A DNA stretch of 64,000 nucleotides, from positions 109,151 to 173,150 of IMG/VR virus record IMGVR_UViG_3300000976_000009. The stretch is one strand, 5' to 3'. Below, in pieces: positions 47,274 to 56,585 of this stretch. How positions within the stretch are numbered: position 1 is the stretch's first letter; each line of letters begins with the position of its first letter. Origin of the DNA: a virus. The notes beneath the pieces are model-generated. The model was not told the origin of the DNA and did not search any database. It saw only the letters and a program-made list of their open reading frames with translations. The position numbers and the translations under genes are program-made.

Positions 47274-47362
47274 TCTGGTGTAGCTGAACAGGTTTAGCAA
47301 GGGGCTGTTAACCTCTGATTGAAAATATTGAAATAAAGTGGGTTCGAGTCCCTCCACCAGAG
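47274..47362 (+). tRNA. tRNA-Asn(GTT) with long AU-rich variable region
   Basis: TCTGGTG/CACCAGA-G, AGGGG-CTGTTAA-CCTCT. Confidence 0.72.
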
Positions 47363-47368
47363 CAACAT

Positions 47369-47440
47369 TGCGATATAGTATAATGGTTATTACACTTGGC
47401 TCATATCCTTGAAAAGTGGGTTCGATTCCCACTATCGCAA
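47369..47440 (+). tRNA. tRNA-Met(CAT), anticodon stem with U.U mismatches
   Basis: TGCGATA/TATCGCA-A, CTTGG-CTCATAT-CCTTG. Confidence 0.7.
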
Positions 47441-47445
47441 CACAT

Positions 47446-47515
47446 TGCGTGTCTTAGAGGAAAAGACCCACGGCTCATATCTGAGGGTAAGTCGGTTCGA
47501 ACCCGATACACGCTA
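47446..47515 (+). tRNA. tRNA-Met(CAT)-like, short D-arm, 1:72 mismatch
   Basis: GCGTGT/ACACGC, CTCATAT loop, GTCGG-TTCGAAC-CCGAT. Confidence 0.6.
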
Positions 47516-47526
47516 CAAAAATCATA

Positions 47527-47838
47527 ATGATGGGAAAGACATATAAAAAAGCAAAAAAGGAAATTGAACTCGTATTATCTAGACACCCAGAATACGATGG
47601 GTTTGAAGTTAAATTCTGGGGAAGTAGAATGTTCATTAGAGACCCAAAGGGTTGGTCATTTTCATTTCATTTCGATGAATGCCCAATTTATAGATTCGAT
47701 ATTATGCCACCAAAAGATGGTACAGAAAGAAAAAATGGTTGGGGTGGATATAAATTATTTCTTAAACCAGATGATTATAAAATAGGTCGTGATAGGAAAC
47801 CTTGGTTATTTGGTAATGAAATTCCTATTAAAAATTAA
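47527..47838 (+). CDS. Hypothetical protein
   Basis: ORF within the tRNA array. Confidence 0.55.
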   Translation: MMGKTYKKAKKEIELVLSRHPEYDGFEVKFWGSRMFIRDPKGWSFSFHFDECPIYRFDIMPPKDGTERKNGWGGYKLFLKPDDYKIGRDRKPWLFGNEIPIKN

Positions 47839-47839
47839 T

Positions 47840-47880
47840 ACCTCCGTAGTTCAACGGATAGAATATGGGTTTCCTAAACC
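47840..47880 (+). pseudogene. 5' half of tRNA-Arg(CCT), truncated after the anticodon loop
   Basis: ACCTCCG-TA-GTTCAACGGATAGAAT-A-TGGGT-TTCCTAA-ACC; no T-arm follows. Confidence 0.7.
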
Positions 47881-47917
47881 ATTTGCAATTTTCGGAACGT
47901 TCTGTATATTTATTAAT

Positions 47918-48361
47918 ATGGAAAAGAAATGTACAAAATGTGGTGAGATTAAATCTTTAGAAGATTTTGCTTATAAGAACAAACCGAAAGGGGTTAAAAA
48001 ACCACATTGTAAAGAATGTGATAAAATAGCTAGAAGACAATACTATTTAGATAATAAAGAAAGGATTGTAGAGGATATCCTTATAAGGAATAAAGAAAAG
48101 AAGAAAAGGAATTACACATTCCTACATAAATATTTAGAAACACATCACTGTATTGATTGTGGAAATGATAACCCAATAGTATTGGAGTTTGACCACAGAG
48201 ATGGTGTTGATAAGATTGATAGTATTAGTAAAATGTGTAGTGAGGGTAGGGGTATTGAATCGATTAAAAGGGAAATTGATAAATGTGATGTTAGATGCTC
48301 CAACTGTCATAAAATTAGAACAGCTAAACAGATGAATTGGTTTAGTTACTTAGACTTATAG
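47918..48361 (+). CDS. HNH homing endonuclease-like protein
   Basis: CTKC..CKEC N-terminal Zn finger; CIDCG..VLEFDH...KCDVRCSNCH. Confidence 0.82.
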   Translation: MEKKCTKCGEIKSLEDFAYKNKPKGVKKPHCKECDKIARRQYYLDNKERIVEDILIRNKEKKKRNYTFLHKYLETHHCIDCGNDNPIVLEFDHRDGVDKIDSISKMCSEGRGIESIKREIDKCDVRCSNCHKIRTAKQMNWFSYLDL

Positions 48362-48424
48362 TTCAACAGGATAGAATGAGAACCTCCTAAGTTCTAGATT
48401 TGGGTTCGATTCCCGATAGGTCTA
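48352..48424 (+). tRNA. tRNA-Arg(CCT), overlapping the HNH stop codon
   Basis: AGAAC-CTCCTAA-GTTCT. Confidence 0.82.
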
Positions 48425-48427
48425 CAT

Positions 48428-48499
48428 ACATCTATAGTTCAATGGATAGAACAATCGGCTACGGACCGATAGATGTAGGTTCGAATCCTACTAGGTGTA
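48428..48499 (+). tRNA. tRNA-Arg(ACG)
   Basis: ATCGG-CTACGGA-CCGAT. Confidence 0.88.
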
Positions 48500-48504
48500 C
48501 AAAT

Positions 48505-48584
48505 GGCGGTGTAGCCGAGGCATTTTTCTAAATTGCTATCCGTAATTGGAGCTGAAAATGTGGGTTCGAATCCCACCACCGTCT
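48505..48584 (+). ncRNA. tRNA-like RNA with canonical acceptor/T-arm and non-canonical core (possible TCT loop)
   Basis: GGCGGTG/CACCGTC-T, GTGGG-TTCGAAT-CCCAC. Confidence 0.55.
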
Positions 48585-48592
48585 CAAAATAT

Positions 48593-48664
48593 CTCTCTAT
48601 AGTTCAACGGATAGAACATCCGCCTTCTAAGCGGAGAATTGGGGTTCGAATCCCTGTGGGGAGA
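48593..48664 (+). tRNA. tRNA-Arg(TCT)
   Basis: TCCGC-CTTCTAA-GCGGA. Confidence 0.87.
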
Positions 48665-48718
48665 CTAAGTTATACTGAGATAATTTGTTAAAGATAAAAA
48701 TTATTTCTATATTTGCAT

Positions 48719-49288
48719 ATGATTATAAAACACATACACGCTAATGTTGGTATTTTTAATGGTTCACTATATTTTACTGTAGATAATAGATTATTGAGGG
48801 TTGGTGTTTCAACACCCAACTATAATGATTATAATGAGTGGCGATTAGATGAATGGTGCTTATCTAAAGACCCATATAATCCAGATGGTAACCAAATTGA
48901 ATTATCACCATATAAGTTTATTGATATAGAAATTAATAATATTGATTTAAAAATGTTGGAATATTCATCATCTTTAAGTGACTTAAATAACGAATATGAA
49001 ATTGATAGCGAATTAATAAAAAGTTATTCAGATATTGATTTATATTTGTCTGGAATTAAATATTCAAATAATAATCGAATGTCAATATATATTGAAAGTA
49101 AAAATGATTATATTAATTTAGATAGTTTTGATGAATCTAAAGAGACACCATTTCAAAAAGTTTTTTTTAAGATTTTAGAAGGATTTAGAAATGGGTTTAA
49201 ACAAAAAATTATTGATGAGGAAGAAAATAAAATTAAACAAAAGAAATTAAATACTAAGTTAATTAAAGATGCTTTTGAAAAACTTTAA
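48719..49288 (+). CDS. Hypothetical protein
   Basis: ORF behind a TATATTTG promoter. Confidence 0.55.
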   Translation: MIIKHIHANVGIFNGSLYFTVDNRLLRVGVSTPNYNDYNEWRLDEWCLSKDPYNPDGNQIELSPYKFIDIEINNIDLKMLEYSSSLSDLNNEYEIDSELIKSYSDIDLYLSGIKYSNNNRMSIYIESKNDYINLDSFDESKETPFQKVFFKILEGFRNGFKQKIIDEEENKIKQKKLNTKLIKDAFEKL

Positions 49289-49297
49289 TTAATAAAT

Positions 49298-49385
49298 AGA
49301 GAGTAAACCTATCGGGGTATAGGGGCAGTTTGCTAAACTGTACGGACATGAAATAAGGTCTGCGGGTCGGGACCGCTGCTCTCTG
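49298..49385 (+). tRNA. tRNA-Ser(GCT)
   Basis: GCAGT-TTGCTAA-ACTGT, variable arm, atypical T-loop. Confidence 0.75.
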
Positions 49386-49404
49386 CAAACTTAATTTTTG
49401 TAAT

Positions 49405-49614
49405 ATGGAAAATGAAGTTAGATTATCTGGTTATAATTTTATAGTAACCTACAAAGATGTCGAATATGAATTAAGAACAGATGTTTGTTTGGAACCTTAT
49501 ATATTTGAAGGGTCCATTAAACCAAACCCAGAAGATGCTGGACATACACCAATGGAAATTAAAGAATTTGTTGAACAGGTGTTTTTAAAAGGTAAAGCAA
49601 TTGGGTTAAAATAA
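49405..49614 (+). CDS. Hypothetical protein
   Basis: ORF track. Confidence 0.5.
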   Translation: MENEVRLSGYNFIVTYKDVEYELRTDVCLEPYIFEGSIKPNPEDAGHTPMEIKEFVEQVFLKGKAIGLK

Positions 49615-49619
49615 TTAAT

Positions 49620-50252
49620 ATGGAATTAAAAATTGACCAAATTGCTAAGGGGACTAGAATTATATCTGGTGAGCAAGCTAAAGAAAGGCGTATCTTATTA
49701 AACCAAATTATTGAATTGGTTGAGTTAGAAGGCTATAATGAAATTATTCTACCTTGTGTGGAAAAATCTGAGGTATACACAGATAAAGCTGGTCAAGAAA
49801 TCCTTGGTCAAATGTATACATTCCCAGACAAGGGTGGCAGAAGTCTATGCTTAAGACCAGAAGGTACCGCAACTGTTCAACTATTAGCTGATAAATACTA
49901 TCCTACACAGAAGGATGTTAAGTTGTGGTATTTTGAAAGGTGTTGGAGATATGAGAAACCACAAGCTGGTAGATACAGAGAATTCTTTCAATTCGGATGT
50001 GAATGGGTTAACCCAAGAGACCCAGAAAAAGCAAAACAAGAACAAATAGAACTATCTAAGAAATTAATTGGGTTGAAGACTACGGAATTTGAATTAAATG
50101 ATTCAGCTAAGCGTGGTCTTTCTTATTATGATGGGGATGGTTTTGAAATTTCAGTACCCACTCTTGGTGCTCAAAAACAAGTTATGGGTGGTGGTAAATA
50201 TAAACAAGGTATTGGTTTTGCAATTGGTTTTGATAGATTAATGCTTTGTTAA
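49620..50252 (+). CDS. Histidyl-tRNA synthetase catalytic core only (no anticodon-binding domain)
   Basis: KGTR, MYTF.DKGGR.L.LRPEGTA, RYEKPQAGRYREFFQFG.E, RGLSYY, GGGKY, GFAIGFDRL. Confidence 0.82.
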   Translation: MELKIDQIAKGTRIISGEQAKERRILLNQIIELVELEGYNEIILPCVEKSEVYTDKAGQEILGQMYTFPDKGGRSLCLRPEGTATVQLLADKYYPTQKDVKLWYFERCWRYEKPQAGRYREFFQFGCEWVNPRDPEKAKQEQIELSKKLIGLKTTEFELNDSAKRGLSYYDGDGFEISVPTLGAQKQVMGGGKYKQGIGFAIGFDRLMLC

Positions 50253-50282
50253 TAGTTGTTGATATTTATATTAAAAAAAGCT

Positions 50283-50765
50283 ATGAAAAATTTATTAATA
50301 TATTTATCAATTGTGTTTTTTTCATTAAATTTATTTAGTCAAGAAACATTTAATCAACCAACTAACCCAGAAAAAAATGTTGGTTTATTCGGTGGACCAT
50401 ATCTTCAATTAAATACATTTAATTATTTAGAATTTGGATTATTAGGTGGTATTAATTTTAAAGATGTAGTAATGGTTGGACCTTATTATCAAAAAAGTAT
50501 ATTTAATGATGATTTTTATGGATTATATTCTCAAATAAATTTATGGCCTAAAGAATATTATTTCACAGTTGGTTTAGCCTGTAGAGTTGGGTTTGTTAAT
50601 AACAAATATCTAGGGTTTGAGCCAGCTATGACAATCCAACATAATAATATGAATGATAGATTTAAAATAATACATCAAATTGGTTTTTCTGGTGGACCAT
50701 TACCAAGTTATAATATTGGTATTTTATTTGGTAATTTTGGGATGAAATATTGGAAAAAACCTTAA
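50283..50765 (+). CDS. Secreted/outer-membrane beta-strand-rich protein
   Basis: Signal peptide ending in FSQ; alternating aromatic/Gly strands. Confidence 0.5.
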   Translation: MKNLLIYLSIVFFSLNLFSQETFNQPTNPEKNVGLFGGPYLQLNTFNYLEFGLLGGINFKDVVMVGPYYQKSIFNDDFYGLYSQINLWPKEYYFTVGLACRVGFVNNKYLGFEPAMTIQHNNMNDRFKIIHQIGFSGGPLPSYNIGILFGNFGMKYWKKP

Positions 50766-50766
50766 T

Positions 50767-51327
50767 ATGTGTAAATATAGTCTATTTTTGTTGATTATTT
50801 TAAGTTTATTTGGTTGTAATAAAGAAAAATTTACACCCTTTAAAAAATATATAATTAAGGAGGGTAAACATAGTTCATCTAATAAAATAAGGACACTAAA
50901 ATCAGATACAATATCTTTTGATGTAAAATTCACTGAAACAGCAATATATAAATCAGAAAAACCAAGTAATCAGTATGACATTAATAAGTTATTTGGTTTT
51001 TCTGATTGTAATCAACACCATCATGAAAATTCTGCAAGATTTGGTTGGCGTTGGTTAGATGAAAAAATAGAAATTTTTTCATATGTTTATAATAATGGTG
51101 TTAGGAGTTATACATTTATAAAATCAATATTACCGAATGAAATACATGAATATCAAATAATAATACTTGAAGATAATTATATTTTTTCGGTAGATAATTC
51201 CATAGTTATTGAGAAACGAACCAATAAATGTGATGTTGGTTTATATTATCTATTATACCCTTATTTTGGTGGTGATGAATCTGCCCCACACAAAATCATA
51301 ATTTTTATGAAAGAAAATATAACATAA
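50767..51327 (+). CDS. Lipoprotein
   Basis: LSLFG-CNKE lipobox; PYFGG..AP. Confidence 0.6.
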   Translation: MCKYSLFLLIILSLFGCNKEKFTPFKKYIIKEGKHSSSNKIRTLKSDTISFDVKFTETAIYKSEKPSNQYDINKLFGFSDCNQHHHENSARFGWRWLDEKIEIFSYVYNNGVRSYTFIKSILPNEIHEYQIIILEDNYIFSVDNSIVIEKRTNKCDVGLYYLLYPYFGGDESAPHKIIIFMKENIT

Positions 51328-51380
51328 ATATTTGGTTATTATTTAAATTATTTGTATTTTTAACAAAAATAAAGATAACT

Positions 51381-52022
51381 ATGAATAATTACGGTATTAA
51401 ACCACAGGTTATTACAAACATACCTATTGATTGTAAGGAAATGTTGTTCTATATGTATTTACCAATTAAAATGATTGGTAGTATGGAATTTAGACTACCA
51501 GAACAATTAAAAGTATTCCAACCATTAATTGATTTAGTTATTAAACATGAAGGTGAAAAGCTAAAAGATAAATTAGTTTATATTACGGCAAAACACATAT
51601 ATGCTAGTCCAGATAATGTTGGTAACAGACCAGGATACCATTCTGATGGATATGGTACAGATGATGTGAATTATATTTGGACCAATAAATTTCCTACAGT
51701 ATTTTGTATACAAAATTTTAATTTGAGTGAAGATTGTTCAACATCTTTAACACAAATGAAAGAACAAGCGTTGAAAACTAATGAAATTACATTTCCAGTA
51801 AACACATTATTGAGATTAGATGAACTAAATGTGCATAGAACACCAGATATTGAAGTTGGTGGTATGAGAACATTTGTTAAAATTTCAATTTCTACTGAAA
51901 AATATAATTTAGTCGGTAATTCACATAACTATTTATTTGATTATGATTGGAAAATGTTTGATAGGTGTGAGATTAGAAACCACCCAACATTGCTAGAGTC
52001 AGATTCAATAAAATATGAATAA
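51381..52022 (+). CDS. 2OG-Fe(II) oxygenase-like protein (putative)
   Basis: RPGYHSDG (HxD), distal VHR, RTFVKIS. Confidence 0.5.
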   Translation: MNNYGIKPQVITNIPIDCKEMLFYMYLPIKMIGSMEFRLPEQLKVFQPLIDLVIKHEGEKLKDKLVYITAKHIYASPDNVGNRPGYHSDGYGTDDVNYIWTNKFPTVFCIQNFNLSEDCSTSLTQMKEQALKTNEITFPVNTLLRLDELNVHRTPDIEVGGMRTFVKISISTEKYNLVGNSHNYLFDYDWKMFDRCEIRNHPTLLESDSIKYE

Positions 52023-52074
52023 AACTTGTTTATTATATATTAATTACCTATCTTTGTAATCTTAAGAATATCTA

Positions 52075-52380
52075 ATGGATTATATACTACTTCGGAAACG
52101 AAAACCCTTAAATCAATTTATCAGTGAGAATAACTTACCGTTATTTGTGTGTTTTGAGGGTTCAGATAATTGTTTGAGATTAATCAAATCAAAAGTTGAC
52201 GGTAGGGCTATATATTATCGGGATGGTGGAGACTATCAAGTTGAAATCAAAATCAAAGAAGGTAAATTATATTCATGGTCACATATTGGGTCTATCAATA
52301 ATATTAGAATGATACCAGTTAGTAAAAATGAATGGAAAATTTCGAATGGAAGATATTCACCAGAAGATATTGAATTGTAA
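52075..52380 (+). CDS. Hypothetical protein
   Basis: ORF behind a TATCTTTG promoter. Confidence 0.5.
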   Translation: MDYILLRKRKPLNQFISENNLPLFVCFEGSDNCLRLIKSKVDGRAIYYRDGGDYQVEIKIKEGKLYSWSHIGSINNIRMIPVSKNEWKISNGRYSPEDIEL

Positions 52381-52390
52381 AAATAGGATT

Positions 52391-53299
52391 ATGAAGAATG
52401 CATTAGGAATAGAAGTTACAAGACCAAACGATGTTTTGGTAATTATGCGTGGAATACCAGGTGCTGGTAAGTCTACAGTAGCTAAAAGATTAGTCAAAGA
52501 AGGGGTGATTCACTCAACAGATGATTTAATTGAGGCTACTGGTGATTATTTAGGTTATTTTGCTGAAATTAAGGCAACCAATAACTGGGCAAAGCATGGT
52601 AGAATGCATTCTAAGAATTTCAAAAACGCATTGACTTCAATGACTGAGGGTGTTTCACCAGTTATTATTGATAACACAAATATTAAGGCTTCTGAGGCTA
52701 AAAAATATGTTATGGCTGCTTTAGAGTTAGGATATGCAAATGAAAACATTGAGTTTGTTGAAGTTGGTACTGCTGGTTTAACTGCTGAGGTATTAGCTAA
52801 TAGAAATACTCATGGTGTACCATTGGAAACTATTGAAAGAATGATTAAGTCAATGAATTCGGTTGGACCACTTACAGTTGAATCTGTAGTTAAGGCTAAA
52901 GATATGTACAAGAAAAAACCAAAACTATTTGCTTCCGTAATATTAGATGATTCTTCTAAAAGTAAACTAGTTACAGCATTGTCTCATTATATACCAAAAG
53001 GGTGGGAAATTATTACACACCATATGACAATTAATTTTGGTAATGGTCTTGGTAAAGATAGAATAGAAGATAAAGGTAAGGTTATTGGTTTGGTTGCAAC
53101 TGAAATTGGTGTTTCAGATATGGCAGTTGCAGTCAAAGTCCACGGATACCCAAGTGATAATGATATACCACATATAACAATTGCAGTAAATAGAGCTGGT
53201 GGTGGTAAACCTGTTATGTCAAATGAGATTACAAATTGGGAAAAAATGAACTCACATATTAATTTGAGTGGGGTTGTAACTGAGGAAAAATTAAACTAA
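52391..53299 (+). CDS. Polynucleotide-kinase-like P-loop domain fused to a 2H phosphoesterase (tRNA-ligase CPDase-like)
   Basis: MRGIPGAGKST, HSTDD, IIDNTN, RNTHGVP; HHMTI and PHITI 2H motifs. Confidence 0.8.
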   Translation: MKNALGIEVTRPNDVLVIMRGIPGAGKSTVAKRLVKEGVIHSTDDLIEATGDYLGYFAEIKATNNWAKHGRMHSKNFKNALTSMTEGVSPVIIDNTNIKASEAKKYVMAALELGYANENIEFVEVGTAGLTAEVLANRNTHGVPLETIERMIKSMNSVGPLTVESVVKAKDMYKKKPKLFASVILDDSSKSKLVTALSHYIPKGWEIITHHMTINFGNGLGKDRIEDKGKVIGLVATEIGVSDMAVAVKVHGYPSDNDIPHITIAVNRAGGGKPVMSNEITNWEKMNSHINLSGVVTEEKLN

Positions 53300-53745
53300 T
53301 GGCAGAAGTAATTAAACCACCATTCAGAAAACTTTCAATATTCTTAGCTGGTTCCATTGAGATGGGGGTAGCTGAGGATTGGCAGTCTAAGATTGAAGAA
53401 GAGTTGATGGATTGTAATGTAACAGTATTTAACCCTAGAAGAGATAGTTGGGATAATTCATGGGAACAAACAATTCATAACCCAGAATTCAAAGAACAAG
53501 TTGAATGGGAATTAGACCATTTAGATAAATGTGATATTATCTTAATGTATTTTGATGAAAATACAAAGAGCCCGATTTCTTTATTGGAATTGGGTCTCTA
53601 TGCTTCATCTGGTAAAATGATTGTCTATTGTCCAGAAGGATTTTGGAGAAAAGGTAATGTGGATATCGTTGCGGGTAGATACGATATAAAACAAGTTCAG
53701 TCTTTAAATGAATTATTAACCGCAGTTAGAAATTTGGCAAAATGA
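53299..53745 (+). CDS. Nucleoside 2-deoxyribosyltransferase-like protein
   Basis: IFLAGSI, WQ, FNPRR, QVEWE, SPISLLELG. Confidence 0.8.
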   Translation: MAEVIKPPFRKLSIFLAGSIEMGVAEDWQSKIEEELMDCNVTVFNPRRDSWDNSWEQTIHNPEFKEQVEWELDHLDKCDIILMYFDENTKSPISLLELGLYASSGKMIVYCPEGFWRKGNVDIVAGRYDIKQVQSLNELLTAVRNLAK

Positions 53746-53915
53746 AATATTCAAATAAAAAAACTGGTGTCGTAGTTAATGTAATTGATTTAATGGCGGT
53801 TGGTATGGGTGACGAAATTGGTACAACATTTATCATATATAAATTTAATACTGATTTAGATTTCCATAGAGTTATGAATTCCAAAGAGTTTTTAAAAACA
53901 TATGAAAAAATATAA
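53742..53915 (+). CDS. Small hypothetical protein (57 aa, not in ORF track)
   Basis: ATGA overlap, fills the gap. Confidence 0.45.
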   Translation: MKYSNKKTGVVVNVIDLMAVGMGDEIGTTFIIYKFNTDLDFHRVMNSKEFLKTYEKI

Positions 53916-53916
53916 A

Positions 53917-54897
53917 ATGACTGAGTTACATGAAATAAGATTCACAAAATCAAGCGCACCATTTGGTTGGATGGGTAATATGTCTAGATGTAAGATATTC
54001 TTTGAAGAACAAGAATGGCAAAGTACAGAAGCATTATTCCAAGCACTTAGATTCCCAGAAGATTCCCCAATTCGAGAAGAAATAAGGTTGGCTAAAAATG
54101 GTTATGAAGCAAAACAAGTTGCTAAGCTTAATAGAACAAAGATGTCTGTTGTACCAACCTCAGAAGAAGATTTAGATAATATGAGACTTTGTATTGCCCT
54201 AAAGATAGAACAACATAAAGAACTTAGGGATATTTTAATTGGGTCTAAGGGTATACCAATATATGAAGATGTAACAAAGCGTGGTGAAGGTAATAGTAAT
54301 TTAATTTGGGGAGCAATAAAACAAGATGATGGAACTTGGAAGGGTGATAACATAATGGGTGAGCTTTGGGTAGAATTACGTGAAAAATTATTAATGCAAA
54401 ATTCAACAAAAATGGGATTTGATGAACCTAAAGTAGAAATTGAAACTGAACGTAGATTTTTATTGAAAAGTTTACCATCTCACGTTAGATGGGATGATAT
54501 TATTGAAATATCTCAAACTTATATTAGTGAAAAAAACGCTAATATAGTTGAGAGAGTTAGGAATAGTTTTAGTCTTAATTTAGAATTTGATATTTGGACC
54601 CACACAACTAAAGATAGATTAACAGACATGTCTGTTAATGAAGTGGAGAGAGAAATTGGTGTTGATGAATATAATAAATTCATTGATATGGGTAAACGTT
54701 CGATAAATAAGCGTAGAAATATTAAGAAAGTTGATAATCTTAAGTGGGAAATTGATGTTTTTAGTAATTTAGTTATTGCCGAAATTGAACTACCGAGTGA
54801 GGATTATAATTTAGTAATACCAGATTGGTTAAAACCACACATTATTATGGAAATAACTGGTATGCATCAATTTAGTAATTCAAATCTGGCTATATGA
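53917..54897 (+). CDS. NADAR-domain + CYTH-domain fusion
   Basis: STEALFQA.RF, K.EQH..LR..L, IWG...G.N.MG.LW..LR; then EIETERRFLL, ISQTY, RVR, KRR, WEIDVF, IAEIEL. Confidence 0.78.
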   Translation: MTELHEIRFTKSSAPFGWMGNMSRCKIFFEEQEWQSTEALFQALRFPEDSPIREEIRLAKNGYEAKQVAKLNRTKMSVVPTSEEDLDNMRLCIALKIEQHKELRDILIGSKGIPIYEDVTKRGEGNSNLIWGAIKQDDGTWKGDNIMGELWVELREKLLMQNSTKMGFDEPKVEIETERRFLLKSLPSHVRWDDIIEISQTYISEKNANIVERVRNSFSLNLEFDIWTHTTKDRLTDMSVNEVEREIGVDEYNKFIDMGKRSINKRRNIKKVDNLKWEIDVFSNLVIAEIELPSEDYNLVIPDWLKPHIIMEITGMHQFSNSNLAI

Positions 54898-56450
54898 ATT
54901 TTAGAGATAAACCAATATTGGGTATGATTCATTGTTCTGGTACGAACAAAGTAGTTGATGCTATTAAAGAAGTTAAAATCTTACAAGAAGAGGGTGTTGA
55001 TGGTGTGATTATTGAAAACTATCATGGTTCTATTTCAGACGTTAATGAGGTTTTGAAGGCAATTAGAAAAGATAGTAATATTAGTATAGAAATTGGTATT
55101 AATATTTTACCTAATGATTTCATAATAGCTTTTGCATTAGCTAGAGAATATGGTGCTAGTTTCATACAACTTGATTATGTTTCTGGTAATTATGAAAACA
55201 CAACACCATTTGATGTTGAATTATATCAACAAATTAGGGATGATAATAAGGATATTGTAGTACTTGGTGGTGTCCACCCTAAATATTATAAACCAATAAA
55301 AGGTAGTATTCTAGAAGATGATATCAATAATGGAATTAAATTGGTTGATGCAATAGTTGTAACTGGAGCTGGCACTGGTAAGGAAACACCATTAGATAAA
55401 ATTAAAAGTTTTAGAAAAATTCTTGGGGACTTCCCATTAATAATCGGTGCTGGTATTACCCCAAATAATGTTTATGAACAACTTTCATATGCTGATGGGG
55501 CTATAGTTGGTAGTTGTTTTAAAAAATATGGTAGAACTCAAAGTTTAATTAAAAGAGATTTAGTTGAGGAATTAATGTTTAAGGTTAATAAATTAATTAA
55601 TAAACCATGTAAATTTGACCATAATGGTGAATGTTTAATTTGTGATTGTTGGTCTATCAATTGTGCTTGGGATAGACTATATAAATGTGACTATAAATAC
55701 GAATCAAAAGAAGAATTGGAAGATATGTTTAACAATGAAAAAAAAATTAAATATGCTGTACAAGCAGTCATATTAAATGACAAAGGAGAAGTCCTAGCAG
55801 TAAGTAGAAAGGACAATCACAACGACTTTGGATTAGTTGGTGGAAAGGTTGACCTAGAAGACTTGAACCCAGAAGAAGCAATGGCTAGAGAGACATTTGA
55901 AGAAACAGGTCTTAGGATTAATACCGCAACTATGCAAGTAGTATTTCAAATGCATAAAGATGGGTATATGGGAATAACTTATTTGATTCGTCAATGGTCT
56001 GGTGAAATTAATACCAATGAACCACATATGGTTAAATGGGTGCCATTTGAAGTCGTTATGAATGGTTCATTTGGTAATTGGAATACGATGGTTCATAATT
56101 CTTTAACTAGTATGGGTATTGAACATAAACTTCACCCAGATGCCACTAGGAAATATGTTTTTGCATTAGAAGAAGATACAGATGAGGGTGACGGGACTTA
56201 TTTATTTTACGTATCCCCAATCTATGATGAAGATGGTAATGGTCAATGGGCTTATTATGATAGAGAAAATGACACAATGGAAGAAGAAATTAGTAATATT
56301 TTAGAAGGTGTCAAAACTAATGTTGATTTTTTAGATGAAGTTAGTATGAAATTATATGGTGGTGATTCAGAATACACTAAAGAAGAGGTTATTAAATTTC
56401 TTACTGATGCTGGTCTTTTTGAAGATAAATTCAAACCTTTTTTAAAATAA
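54894..56450 (+). CDS. BtpA/SgcQ TIM-barrel + NUDIX + acidic C-terminal fusion
   Basis: ILGMIH, GVDGVIIENY, IGINIL.ND, DAIVVTGAGTG, ADGAIVGS.FK; GGKVD....PEEAMARETFEETGL. Confidence 0.75.
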   Translation: MNFRDKPILGMIHCSGTNKVVDAIKEVKILQEEGVDGVIIENYHGSISDVNEVLKAIRKDSNISIEIGINILPNDFIIAFALAREYGASFIQLDYVSGNYENTTPFDVELYQQIRDDNKDIVVLGGVHPKYYKPIKGSILEDDINNGIKLVDAIVVTGAGTGKETPLDKIKSFRKILGDFPLIIGAGITPNNVYEQLSYADGAIVGSCFKKYGRTQSLIKRDLVEELMFKVNKLINKPCKFDHNGECLICDCWSINCAWDRLYKCDYKYESKEELEDMFNNEKKIKYAVQAVILNDKGEVLAVSRKDNHNDFGLVGGKVDLEDLNPEEAMARETFEETGLRINTATMQVVFQMHKDGYMGITYLIRQWSGEINTNEPHMVKWVPFEVVMNGSFGNWNTMVHNSLTSMGIEHKLHPDATRKYVFALEEDTDEGDGTYLFYVSPIYDEDGNGQWAYYDRENDTMEEEISNILEGVKTNVDFLDEVSMKLYGGDSEYTKEEVIKFLTDAGLFEDKFKPFLK

Positions 56451-56585
56451 CCATAAATAAATTTGGTTTAACCAAATTAAAAGCTTATATTTGTAGTGTT
56501 GAAAAAACTATATAGGGTTGCGACTAATGGAGGTTGTTGGTATTCCTCTTCAACGCAAGGTTTGATAAACCTAAATTATCATTGG

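Noticed and set aside
49620-50252. HisZ (ATP-PRT regulatory subunit) call
   Set aside because: Histidine- and ATP-binding catalytic motifs are HisRS-like, and no his biosynthesis genes are present
56514-56572. Possible additional degenerate tRNA after the promoter
   Set aside because: Weak acceptor pairing and no T-arm; insufficient support
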